Positions 9,794 to 20,106 of a stretch of DNA of 64,000 bases are shown piece by piece. The first letter of the stretch is position 1, and the number at the start of each line of letters is the position of its first letter. Source of the stretch: Epithemia pelagica (lineage: Eukaryota; Protista; Bacillariophyta); the NCBI GenBank assembly GCA_946965045.2, contig OX337229.1, forward strand, positions 2,790,001 through 2,854,000, given 5' to 3'. Below the pieces are notes generated by a model. The model did no database searches. It was not told where the DNA came from and worked only from the letters and a program-made list of their open reading frames with translations. The position numbers and the translations under genes are program-made.

Positions 9794-10693
9794 CGAACAC
9801 TCAAGATTCTCAACGGGGGGTTTTCGGGACCAACAAGCTACCTTGGGCTGACATGGCAAAGCCCTGGTATCTTGCTCTGGGAGCTTCTACTCGGGTTCAA
9901 CGAGAGGTGACCGCCTGCACTTCGGGGACGACGATTGTATGGTGCTACCTGATCGTCCGCCCCGAGCTCAGTGGAGGGATCACGGGATCCTCTTGTTCGT
10001 TCCTAGGGTTTTGGCTTTTGGATCTGGTTCCCTCACTTTCATCTGAAAGCGACGACCCTTGCTGGTGAAGGATTCCATCCTTAACCCCCCACATTACGAT
10101 TCAACTTAACAGTTGTGATCGGTTGAGTTTAAAAATCTTAAATTATCCTTTCTTTCTCTTCTCTCTTATTGGGGTACTCCGGACATGGATTGCCGCTTGG
10201 ACCGTGACAAGGTGAAGAACATTGGCTAAGGGGAAGGAGCCTGACTGAGACTCAACAAAGGCCCATAGCATACGAGTACTCGTACGAGTAGATTTGGTGT
10301 GATTGTAGAGAAATGACTACTACTCGTACAAGTACAAGTAGACAAACAAAAACGCTTTCAAAGGCCAACGGTAGCGACAAAGAAGGTGGCAAGGTCTCAA
10401 GTCCAAAGGCTTTTCCGATTCCCGAGTCCAGATCTCTATTCGTAATTTGTAGTCTCTCTTCCGTATGGTGTATGGTATCTCTCGGACTCGTCGGAGTGAG
10501 CATCAGATCAGAGATGGACGTGTTGGTTGCACAGCTAGCAGACGTGAGCCCTCTATCTAATGTTTCATGGGTTCTTCTTTCAATCAACCTATTGTAATTG
10601 TACGCGTGAGCTCTCCTGGTGATCCATCATAGAGAGAGATATTAATATTAATAGCCACGCCTATCCTACTCGTGAGTTGTACAGTCGTAAGTC

Positions 10694-10905
10694 TACTTTA
10701 ATAGCTGAGGGTGGACGAGGAGGAGCTAGGGTGTGAGGAGTGGCTAAACTCCGAGAAGGGCAATAGCGACGAGGAGTGGACTGCCCCTTTGAGATCGGCG
10801 TAAGCGGATCGAGGGGGCAGTCCACGACGAGAAGCTATTGCCCGACGAGGAGTTAAGCCACGAGGAGCGCCCTGCGACGAGGAGTCCCCCGGGGCTATTA
10901 AAGTA
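10694..10905 (+). ncRNA. 212-nt rod-like hairpin with repeated tandem-GA internal loops (putative structured RNA or ssDNA element)
   Basis: Nested stems: TACTTTAATAGC/GCTATTAAAGTA, GGGTGGAC/GTCCCCC, AGGGTGT/GCGCCCT, GTGGCTAAACTCC/GGAGTTAAGCCAC, GGGCAATAGC/GCTATTGCCC, GTGGACTGCCCC/GGGGCAGTCCAC, apical GC-GTAA-GC. The inverted-repeat structure is certain; expression as RNA is not shown. Confidence 0.6.
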
Positions 10906-12211
10906 TGTTAGCTTCCTTTGTCACGAGGAGTCGTGCCAGCGCACCCTAGGTAATTTTCGGTCCTCTGAATGGATACTTAGTAGTCGTAAGCCTAATTAGT
11001 TTTAAACAATTAAGCTTGCCCTACTTTCGATATGGCACGAGGTAATCTTTATTTTTTTTTTAAATAACCGCGTCACTTAAGTGACCTCATCCGATTATAT
11101 CGGATGATTTATAACGCTTTATGTCTAAGTATCATTTGTCTCACAATTATTGGATGCCAATCAAACTCCGAGGCGTGCTTGTTGCATAAACAGTGTGACA
11201 GAATACTTAGATCTTCCATTCCCCAATCCTCTCGCGACCCGACCACGAGCGACACAAGACAACACAGAACACAGCAGCATGCACCAACACAATGGGAACT
11301 CCTACACAACACTAGAATAAAAAATCAAAGTACAGTAATTTTTGGGGCTTAGGTAGTGGGAGTGTGGGGAGTGACTTACTCCTCAGTGAGTGCTCAGTGA
11401 GTGGGGAAGGGTAGGACGACGAGTGGTGAAGGTAGTCATATACGAGTATGTAGGAGGACGAATATTCCCGCGACAAGGTGATAACCCGTAAATGATCGAA
11501 AGGAATAAGGATTCGTACTTCGTACAAGCACTCCTTCTACTGTCTTAGTCCCGAATTATGAATACCCATCTCCTTTCTCCTTTTGGATATTGTTTCATGT
11601 TATGGATTATTACGCTCTCGACCTGTCTTCATCGAATGAGAAACTTTAGAGAGTACCCAGAGCATATTGGATGTTGGAACTTGCACATGACTTCTCATTC
11701 ACGAATCCAGTTGGGGCTAACGACATTCTACATCACACTGTACTAGTTGGTGGCATCCGTTCCCCTACCATCTTTCCAACATTACCAGGCACATGTTTCA
11801 CTGGACGGACGTATACTCCTTATCTATGTTATTTCTAAGCGCTGGGGATTTCAATGTATGACAACGAGAAATCGGCATTGATCTTTACGTGACAGAAACT
11901 ACGCCAGCTCGGTAGTATTCCCATCGCTCTCGACCATCTCACATTGGTTTTGTCATGCTGGTTTTGTATTAACAAAGCCAATGATTCATGGCAGGGCAAA
12001 TCCCGAGTCATACCAATTGGCAAGGCGTTTTTGTCCCCAGAAAAGGCGGTTGTTCAAAAATGTATTGACAGCCTGGGTATTCATAAAATATACTAGACAC
12101 CACGGAACAAAAAGGTCGTCGGATTGCTCCTTGCCCACAACAAACAACAATAACAACAACAAAGAAGAAGAGAGTGTTTCGTTTATCGTGCCTACTACTG
12201 AACTAAAAGCC

Positions 12212-13621
12212 ATGAGTCGAAACGAGTACACGGAAAATGTCGATGGACCTTCATCCAACACTGGTGGCAGCACGGTAGCTCGAGACAAGGCTGCCAAATT
12301 GCGAGAAAAGAAAAAGTTGCGAAAATCATCCTCGATTCGATCCATGCGGTCCTTGTCCAGTACCACGAGTGAACGAACGAAAAAGTCGACGACGACGACA
12401 CGGAGAATCAAGACACGAAACAGCAGCAAGACGTCGTCCTCCTCTCGCAAGCGGTCCTCCAGTGTTCCCAACCGCAAGGATCCCGAAGGCATGACCGCCT
12501 CCTCCATCATGATGTCCCCCAAAGTCCGATCCCATGATGACGATCAAGAACGATTGGGCAAGGCGCAAGAACGCATTCAGTCCATGTTTTCCGAACAACG
12601 CAAAAAGGAACAAGATCGACGCAAGGAACAATGCACTCCTCAAAGACACCGACCATCCTCGCAAACCAATGCTACTACTCCAAGAGGTGTCGAAGAACGA
12701 AAAAAGTTGGCCCAATTGTGGCATGAACGATTGGGTGAACCCGATCGAGCCACCATGAAGGCTTTGGTGCACAAGAAATCACAGGGATGCGACCTTGATC
12801 TGGAAGATGTGGATTTGTTGTCCTGGGGGAATCTTCCAGCCATGACAGTGTCGTCATGTTCGGAATCAAGTGATGGCAGTGACGACAAGAGTGCCTTTCA
12901 AGTCGTATCCAAACGGACAGCCGGAACAGAAGACTTTTCTGCTTTGCGACGATCAGCTTCCAGACGTTCGATTTGCAGTACACCTCTCAGGAGGACGGGC
13001 TTTGCTGGCGACCAACAACACGATTTGAGCTTTTCCTCTTTCTCTTCCCATGGGGCGTTGGAGAAGATCGATGCAGACGAGAGTTTCACCAGCATTAAAA
13101 AGTCATCTACTCCAAAGACCAAAAAGAAATCGAGACCATCACTCTCCAAGGCTCTTGAAGCACAAAAGGGTGCCTCCTCTTCAGAGGACGAATGCGAAAG
13201 CAAGGAGAGGAGCAAGGCAAGCTCCAAGAAGTCATCAAGATCGAGTAGTACGAGACGGCGACGTGATTCCAGTCTTGGAAGACACAGCATTGCTGGCACT
13301 TCGGCGGCATCGGCTACCTTGGCGGACACCAAGAAGCATCGCAAGTCATCCAAGAAAAAGCTCCACAAGGATAGTGAAACGGCATCGCTGACCAGCCGGA
13401 GCAAGACCAGCAGTAAAGATCCATTCGGCGTACCACCGTCCAGGGGACCACAAGGATATGTGAACCCGGAACTCCAACAAAAGCTGAAACTATACAAAAA
13501 GTACCGCAAGTCGACCTCTTCTCTTTGCTCAGCCAACAGCAGTACCTGTGGAGAGAGCGTCAGTCATCGAAGTGAGGACCTCGAACACATTTTTCCAAAT
13601 TTCGTTGTACACGGAAGCTAA
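12212..13621 (+). CDS. Uncharacterised Ser/Lys/Arg-rich, probably disordered protein
   Basis: Long ORF (track 11981-13621); likely ATG 12212 (MSRNEY). No recognisable domain. Confidence 0.65.
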   Translation: MSRNEYTENVDGPSSNTGGSTVARDKAAKLREKKKLRKSSSIRSMRSLSSTTSERTKKSTTTTRRIKTRNSSKTSSSSRKRSSSVPNRKDPEGMTASSIMMSPKVRSHDDDQERLGKAQERIQSMFSEQRKKEQDRRKEQCTPQRHRPSSQTNATTPRGVEERKKLAQLWHERLGEPDRATMKALVHKKSQGCDLDLEDVDLLSWGNLPAMTVSSCSESSDGSDDKSAFQVVSKRTAGTEDFSALRRSASRRSICSTPLRRTGFAGDQQHDLSFSSFSSHGALEKIDADESFTSIKKSSTPKTKKKSRPSLSKALEAQKGASSSEDECESKERSKASSKKSSRSSSTRRRRDSSLGRHSIAGTSAASATLADTKKHRKSSKKKLHKDSETASLTSRSKTSSKDPFGVPPSRGPQGYVNPELQQKLKLYKKYRKSTSSLCSANSSTCGESVSHRSEDLEHIFPNFVVHGS

Positions 13622-14380
13622 ACAGAGACTCCTGCGAGCCTTACAATCGATTCCGCCCCTGATACTCTCTAGGGGATTCCTTCCTTCTATCCTGAGTGCC
13701 GTTCGCGATTATGAAACCTCCTTGTCATCATACCACCGCAAGTCTTGCTCGGTTCTAGAACAACTCATCTTTTGTTGGCTTGGCGATTGTAACGTTAGGG
13801 GATAACTGGATTACCACATACAGAACGAAAACCATTTCGTCTACAAGACCGTGTCACTACCTTTGCTGTAAAAGGGCATGGTTTGGTGGACGGAAAAGCT
13901 TCCATGCTGCTCCGCGCTAACACAAGGCAGTAGAAGCATCTAACTACACTAGAAAAAGGGACACCGTCAACCTGGTAGACTATGAATTGTCAATCTTATC
14001 CTTTCCCTTGCCCACGCTCCCCTTGAAGAGTAAAAGTACCTTAGGTGAAATCCAACCGAGGTCTGCTTCGGACAGGGGAATAGAAAAATTAGATACGAAT
14101 GTCGAAGAGCAAGTGCAACCTTGTTGTACGTGATGAAGGACAGAAAAGATGAGAAAATGAATGAATTAGGATAGCCTACGAGGATAAACTTCATGTCTCC
14201 TCGGTTGTGGTCATAATCCATCCAGTTCCCTTAATGTAGGTCCTTCTTGTTTGCTGCTTTTGTTCTTGTCGATGCCTTGGTCTCGAATTTTGTATGAAAG
14301 GAAAACATGTTTAGGTCCGTCAAGTCCTTTACGTCTTACGTCGGTAGATGGAACCATCCTGCTAAGGTTCATAGAACGTT

Positions 14381-15910
14381 TCATGGGGATTCAACTCGGT
14401 AGGGAGAATACGCATCGTCTCCCCATTGTTCACGAAACGAGTCCCAAACGGGAGAGCGTACCTGCATGGTAGTTTCAGGATAAGATGCATTGCCTCCCTT
14501 CTTACAGACGTTGGAACATGAAAAATTGCTTTCGCGACAAGAATCATGATCTGGAGAGTACACGGCCAGTGTGTCGGCGGAGATGGTCCCATTCCACTCC
14601 ATGGTGGTCTTGCTGGTGATGGTACCAGGAAGAGCACAGTCGGCTTGAGATGGAAAGACGACCGTGGCAAAATTCTCGCGACCAAAGTGTTCATCGTCCT
14701 GAGGTACCACACAATACTCTGTGTCCGTCCACGATGCAACCGTACTGTCATCCAGGACTACGGCATCCTCTCCTTGTATATACTCCTCCTGCAAGGAACC
14801 CGGTGACCACAAAATGGGCGCGCAAGAGTCTTCTTCTTCTTCGTCGTCGTCATTGTCCTTTTCGTGTTGTCTAGAGGTACCATACGACGCACAACACTGT
14901 TTCTCGTTACTCGAATAGGTAAAGCCACAAAGCGTCTCGGACAATACACAAGGCTCTGCAGTTGGATTCGCCTCTGGAACGTCCTCCTCCATGTAATCTT
15001 CTTCGTCCTCATGGTTGGATACTTCAACGGGTTCCATTTCCGCGTCCAGTCCTCTTCCTTCTTCCGTTGTATCAACCAATGGTAGAGGCTCCATCTTGGC
15101 GTCCGATGAGGCAAGCATTGAGCCACCTTGTTCTCTGGCTTCTTGGCAAACAGAGGCCATCGATATTTGATGTCGGTGCATTCTTACCACATTATCCTCT
15201 GGCTCATGGTGTTCTTGTCGTTGTTGAAGCTCTTGCTGACTTGTCATCCAGGTCATGGTTTCTTGTTCCATCAACACGCTGCTACTACTACTTGCAGGAC
15301 TCGCTGCCACGAGCAATGGACAGTCCCGCCGCCGTATCGCATCCAAAGCCTCACACGAGGCACCCGTCGATAATGTCAGATTGACAATGCGTGCCGGACT
15401 CGACGTGGCTGCTGGGACTGGTGGTTGGTCGTCGTGTGACGACCATTGGCCCTCCTGCTGTAAATCCCATTGTGGTAAGAGCCGTGCCCTTGGGTAGTGA
15501 TGGTGGGAGCATGGGAGCCGGTTCGACCAAGATGGCGACGACAACAAGAGAATGTTTTCTTCCTTTGTCGTATCGTTATCCAAAAGAGGAGGAACCATGA
15601 TCGCCTCCTTGAAGGAATCCTGGCGGCCAGTTGCAATAGTGGTTGGTGTGATTAGGGGAGTACTCGTCGTGGAGGAAGCTAGCTTCGGTATCAAACGACG
15701 CTGAATGCGGTTGTGGCTCTCACACCCTGAATTGGTACCATCACTCCAGTTCAAAGTGTCCAAGGAGGGAGCGGCTGGAATCGGAGCAGGATACACCATG
15801 GTGATTTCGTTACACACTTTCTTGTTTTGCTTTGCCACGCTTGTCTCAACCTGAACTATGGGACAGGTATCTTGCCACAAAACTGTAGTGGGTAGTTCCG
15901 TCTTTTGCAC
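14381..15910 (-). CDS. Uncharacterised acidic low-complexity protein (start possibly 15799)
   Basis: 509-aa ORF with D/E tracts. No recognisable domain. Confidence 0.6.
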   Translation of the reverse strand: MQKTELPTTVLWQDTCPIVQVETSVAKQNKKVCNEITMVYPAPIPAAPSLDTLNWSDGTNSGCESHNRIQRRLIPKLASSTTSTPLITPTTIATGRQDSFKEAIMVPPLLDNDTTKEENILLLSSPSWSNRLPCSHHHYPRARLLPQWDLQQEGQWSSHDDQPPVPAATSSPARIVNLTLSTGASCEALDAIRRRDCPLLVAASPASSSSSVLMEQETMTWMTSQQELQQRQEHHEPEDNVVRMHRHQISMASVCQEAREQGGSMLASSDAKMEPLPLVDTTEEGRGLDAEMEPVEVSNHEDEEDYMEEDVPEANPTAEPCVLSETLCGFTYSSNEKQCCASYGTSRQHEKDNDDDEEEEDSCAPILWSPGSLQEEYIQGEDAVVLDDSTVASWTDTEYCVVPQDDEHFGRENFATVVFPSQADCALPGTITSKTTMEWNGTISADTLAVYSPDHDSCRESNFSCSNVCKKGGNASYPETTMQVRSPVWDSFREQWGDDAYSPYRVESP

Positions 15911-16710
15911 CGCATGAGCTAGGTGGACTTTCCGGGAGATATCAGGCCTTTGCTGTGGATGGACAAGTGGGACTGGCCAGTTGCCATCAAATTAGAGAGG
16001 CGGGTAGCGAAAGCCGAAAGCACTGATAGAAGGTATCCTGTATCCTTTTTCACAAGTATTAAACGAAGAACCATACAGGCGTCCCAGTACGAAACACCCT
16101 TGGGGACTCTAGAGTAGTTGAAACCATTCCCGTGGCATTGCTTTCATGAGCGAACCGCTACCGGATTTCCGGTTGTTTGGGAAGAGAGAGAGGCTCTCTT
16201 CCTCATACACTCAGGCACAATGTAATGTGGTTGTCGTGCTATACAAGCGCTTCGTCGACGGAGACTGCCACGAAGAAGAACAATAATAGAAGTGTGTGGC
16301 AAGCGGCACTACTGGTACTCCGTAGCTACTAGGGGCGACTGAGGTAGTTCAGTCACAGTTCATCGTTATCCCGACATTCTCCAGTCTTGTTTCAGTTCTT
16401 ATTGAGTCATGGGCCTTGGGCAAGAAACTTTCCAAATATCCGGGTAGTTTACCCCAGCTACCAGTCAATTGGCCCTAAGTTGATAGGATATCTTCTTGTT
16501 TGTTGTTGGTACTGCCCAACGTCCCCTCCCTCTTCATGTTGTTCCTTGTTTCTGAAAGTAGATCCATGGGTTTTGCCGAACAAACGAAAATGATGTTGTT
16601 GGTTGGTACAACCATTTCCCAGGGCTTGACAAAGCACTAGCTAGGATCCTGAGTGGTCCCCCCACCGAGCTCCTCTTCTCTTTGGACAAAAGATTCCATT
16701 ACAAGGCTTT

Positions 16711-17964
16711 TCACGCCGGTTTGGACAAATAGTCGTCGACTTTTTGTCGAAGTGCCAACATGGTCGCAGGAGTTGTGCGACAGCAGCCACCCAGAATCAA
16801 ACGTGGGGGACGGGGTCGTACACGTTCTGTTCCAACTTCACTGGCTGGAACGCTCGAAAGCGATTCCCACAAACTGTCAATGCGATGAACAATGGATAGG
16901 AGATGCTGTGACATGGTTTCCGGTGTAGTACATCCTGTACCTTGTTTCCATGTTTGTGTGGGCGAATCCCAAACTTCACCGGAATTGGGATACAAGACAA
17001 TGCCTCGTGCAATGGAGGATTTTGCCTGGATGGCTTGGGCATGTACATGACGAACCAAAATTTCGACCAATGCTGGCAAGTGTACGACGTCGCAACAGTT
17101 GAGGCCAAAGGCATGTACACGGTTTGTTGGAATGGCGGCAAGAACTTTTATTGCGTCTTGGAGCAAGGTTCCATCGTTGAGTTGACTAGCATTCCGGCAC
17201 GAAAGAGAAATCCAGAGAGCAGTTCCATTCAAGTCCTTGTGCAAGCTCTCGGGGTTTCCATTGTTGACAAGAAGTTCCACGAGGGCATGGCATTCCAGTA
17301 TACTTGGGACTGTCTCAATGGCAATCCCATCTACCGTGGTTTCCATCGCACTCTGGTGTTGTGCAACAACTTGTAATTTGCGTCGATGAAAGTCCATGAG
17401 CGTAGCCTTTGTTGCGTCCCCATAAGCTCCGGTATATTCCGCCCCATTGGCCAAGGCTGCTCCATAACATCCCAAAGAAGCCACCACCATGACGGGCAGC
17501 GTGCCAGAATGGTCCTTTGGCTGTCCTTGGTGTTGACCCTTCTGTCCCTGCTCCACTTCTACCACCGCCTTACGTGCCAGCATCAAGCCTGTATGCCACA
17601 AGTTTGTCATATCCTGTGGAGTTTGCAAAAGACACACATTTGGTGGCCAGAGATCCTTGCGATAATGGCATTGATAGGTGACCGTAGAAATTAAGTTGCA
17701 TCCAGCGGCAATCCAATCTTTGTGTCCTTCCAAAATTACAGTTTGACCTTGCGGATTCAGCAGCAAACTGCTCGACCACAACTCCTTGTGTTCAAAACTA
17801 TTTCCTCCTTCTCGATCGTCGCCTGCAGTCGCCTGGAGTTTTCCCTCCAAGTGCGTACTCACACCTCCATCCAAGAGCAGAACACGCTTGCAATCGGAAG
17901 ACGACTTCATGGAAGAATGAAACCACTCTTTCAAGGTACAATTAGGCGTTGTTGTTGCGAACAT
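16711..17964 (-). CDS. HMT: Homocysteine S-methyltransferase family protein
   Basis: VLLLDGGVSTHLE, LWSS..L, ASLGCYGAALANGAEYTGAY, ETVPS, Zn ligands GLNC and GGCC. Start could be 17964 or 17910. Confidence 0.9.
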   Translation of the reverse strand: MFATTTPNCTLKEWFHSSMKSSSDCKRVLLLDGGVSTHLEGKLQATAGDDREGGNSFEHKELWSSSLLLNPQGQTVILEGHKDWIAAGCNLISTVTYQCHYRKDLWPPNVCLLQTPQDMTNLWHTGLMLARKAVVEVEQGQKGQHQGQPKDHSGTLPVMVVASLGCYGAALANGAEYTGAYGDATKATLMDFHRRKLQVVAQHQSAMETTVDGIAIETVPSILECHALVELLVNNGNPESLHKDLNGTALWISLSCRNASQLNDGTLLQDAIKVLAAIPTNRVHAFGLNCCDVVHLPALVEILVRHVHAQAIQAKSSIARGIVLYPNSGEVWDSPTQTWKQGTGCTTPETMSQHLLSIVHRIDSLWESLSSVPASEVGTERVRPRPPRLILGGCCRTTPATMLALRQKVDDYLSKPA

Positions 17965-18109
17965 TTGGATTCGCCCAATCGCATGCAATGCTCGTAACTT
18001 TAGGTCTTCTACTATGATCGGAGGGACGACTCGCACAAGATATCACCTTCATCCTTCATCCCAAAGATACCCTTCCAAAAAAACCGACAGATAACAAAGA
18101 GCAAAAATG

Positions 18110-18182
18110 TTCCCGTACCGGGACTCGAACCCGGGTATCCTGCGTGAAAGGCAAGTATGCTTACCACCTACATCATACGGGA
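18110..18182 (-). tRNA. trnE: tRNA-Glu(TTC)
   Basis: Cloverleaf: acceptor TCCCGTA/TACGGGA, anticodon arm CTTGC-CT TTC AC-GCAGG, T arm CCGGG-TTCGAGT-CCCGG. T5 Pol III terminator just downstream. Confidence 0.96.
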
Positions 18183-18249
18183 CTGCCGAGGGGTGCGTTT
18201 TTACAGTATACAATTGAAGTAGCTGACTCTCCTTACTTGACGCAACCGA

Positions 18250-18341
18250 GAACAACACAGAAAGGATACATGCCCCATCAACTTTGTGGGAGAATGAACG
18301 ACACCGAAAGAATACATGCCCCATCAACTTTGTGGGAGAAT
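18250..18341. repeat. 46-bp tandem duplication between the WD40 gene 3' end and the tRNA 5' flank
   Basis: GAAC(A/G)ACAC(A/C)GAAAG(G/A)ATACATGCCCCATCAACTTTGTGGGAGAAT x2 (18250-18295, 18296-18341), 3 mismatches. Confidence 0.9.
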
Positions 18342-18445
18342 AGAGAAACTTGTTTCATAATTTTGTTGCAGACGTTCTTGCTACTATCGTTGAGTCCTAA
18401 CGGTGCAACCCTACCCCAAAGGACAGGTGTTGGAAATAATTTTCC

Positions 18446-19438
18446 TTAGTCTTGCCATTTCATGTAATCTTGGTTTGGAGCCCAAACAATGGCATTTCCA
18501 TCATAGCTTGCAGTAATGACAACATTCTTGGAACTTTGGTCATGATCCGACCTGGAGGCTGTGGCAACCGCGCAGGTGGGTGGTTGTTTCGAATGATGCT
18601 GTCCATGCCCTTCCAATACAGCAACTGGTTCTGCTGTCACAACGTGATAAATAACTGCGAGTCCGTCTTCCGATCCTGTTAACAAATACATGTCATCGGC
18701 CGTAAAGACCGACTGCAAGGCATAGGTTCCAGCAACATGATGTCCAGTGTAGGTATTCAACAGTAGCTGAGGCGATGCATCACCTGCACCCGTGTTTGTC
18801 AAGTCCAGCAGACGAATCGTTGCATCGTCCAATCCATGTACGGCCAAAGACTGTCCGTCATGCGATTGGATCATGCTGGTTATCGCCACATGACAGTCAT
18901 CACATGTTAGTTTTCCCTTGCGAAGATCGTAAGTTCGGACAACTCCATCCACTGATGCCGTTCGAATCAAATGAGGAGAAATTCGATCAATGTGAACATC
19001 AGTCACAGAATCTTTTGCATCCTTTAGCGACTGAATAGGATCTATGCTTCGCCAATTGCGGGCATCCCATATTTTGACCGTTGCATCGTACGAGGCCGAA
19101 ATGTACGTTTCGGCATGTGGCCCCAATGCCACTGCGTTGATACGCCCAGTGTGGCTTCCACCACTCCCACCACCCAACCGACGCTGACACTGACCCGAGA
19201 CCACATCATGAATTACCAGTGACTTATCGCAGGATGAAACCAAAGTATGGCAGGACGTATCCAATGCCAAAGCCGATACTTCGTGCGTGATTCCTTCGTG
19301 ATATGTTTGAATACAGAGACTGCGGGGTAAGTCTTCTACAGGAACGTCAACAGCATTGTCTCCATCGCCAGGTTTCTCTGATGAAGTGTTTGTTGTGTGT
19401 CTTTGCTTTGGAGGCAAAGGCGGGAAGGCTGGGTCCAA
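18446..19438 (-). CDS. WDR83: WD40-repeat protein, WDR83/MORG1-like (5' end uncertain)
   Basis: GHTGRINAV...SASYDATVKIWD, IQSLKDAKDSVT, SVDGVVRTYDLRKG, LLNTYTGH, GSEDG are typical of MORG1. Confidence 0.75.
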   Translation of the reverse strand: MDPAFPPLPPKQRHTTNTSSEKPGDGDNAVDVPVEDLPRSLCIQTYHEGITHEVSALALDTSCHTLVSSCDKSLVIHDVVSGQCQRRLGGGSGGSHTGRINAVALGPHAETYISASYDATVKIWDARNWRSIDPIQSLKDAKDSVTDVHIDRISPHLIRTASVDGVVRTYDLRKGKLTCDDCHVAITSMIQSHDGQSLAVHGLDDATIRLLDLTNTGAGDASPQLLLNTYTGHHVAGTYALQSVFTADDMYLLTGSEDGLAVIYHVVTAEPVAVLEGHGQHHSKQPPTCAVATASRSDHDQSSKNVVITASYDGNAIVWAPNQDYMKWQD

Positions 19439-20106
19439 TCTACTCGGGTTCCATAGACGTACCGTTCGATCGTGAGCTCCTGTAAAACAATACTTGCCAT
19501 CGGCTACACAGAGTACACGGTAAGGAGAGTTCAGATGTGAAAGAAGAAAGTGTGAGTTCCATTGAGTTTCTCATTCGTGAGCAAGGGCGATCTCTCAATT
19601 CTCGTCAGATCAAAGTGAAGGAATGTAATATTTTCTCGTCAAGGCACCATAGGGTCTCGGACAAACCAAGAAATAAGAATACAGAATCATCAAGCGAGCA
19701 TTCAGATTGCAACCTCAGCCACCAAGTGAACACTAACCTGAAAAATGAACCACGGATATAGGGGCCCCGTTTTCGTGGCCAACCAGTCGAGCTACAGCTG
19801 CTTGGGGTAAAGACGGCGATAAAGACGATCTCCCTTCTTTCAATTGAATCCTCATATTCTTTCACGTTTTAATAGAGACAGATTCTCTGTTGTATATGAG
19901 AGGTAGGTTCCTCATCTCGCATCGACATGGCTCCATGTTATCCTGCGAAACGAAAGAATTGCCAAATTCAGTATCCGCGACCTATCCGCGCAGAAAGGGG
20001 TTGCGGTATATTCTCAAGTCTCAACTGTTATGTTTCCATTAGAGTTCGACGAGTATTCGTGAGAGTGACTATTACGATAGCATTATCTTAAATAACAGAA
20101 CTAGTG

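Noticed and set aside
2090-10630. DIRS-type ITR/ICR or Ngaro/PAT split direct repeats
   Set aside because: No match longer than about 8-9 nt found by eye between 2090-2490 and 9794-11100. A dot-plot is needed to exclude this fully.
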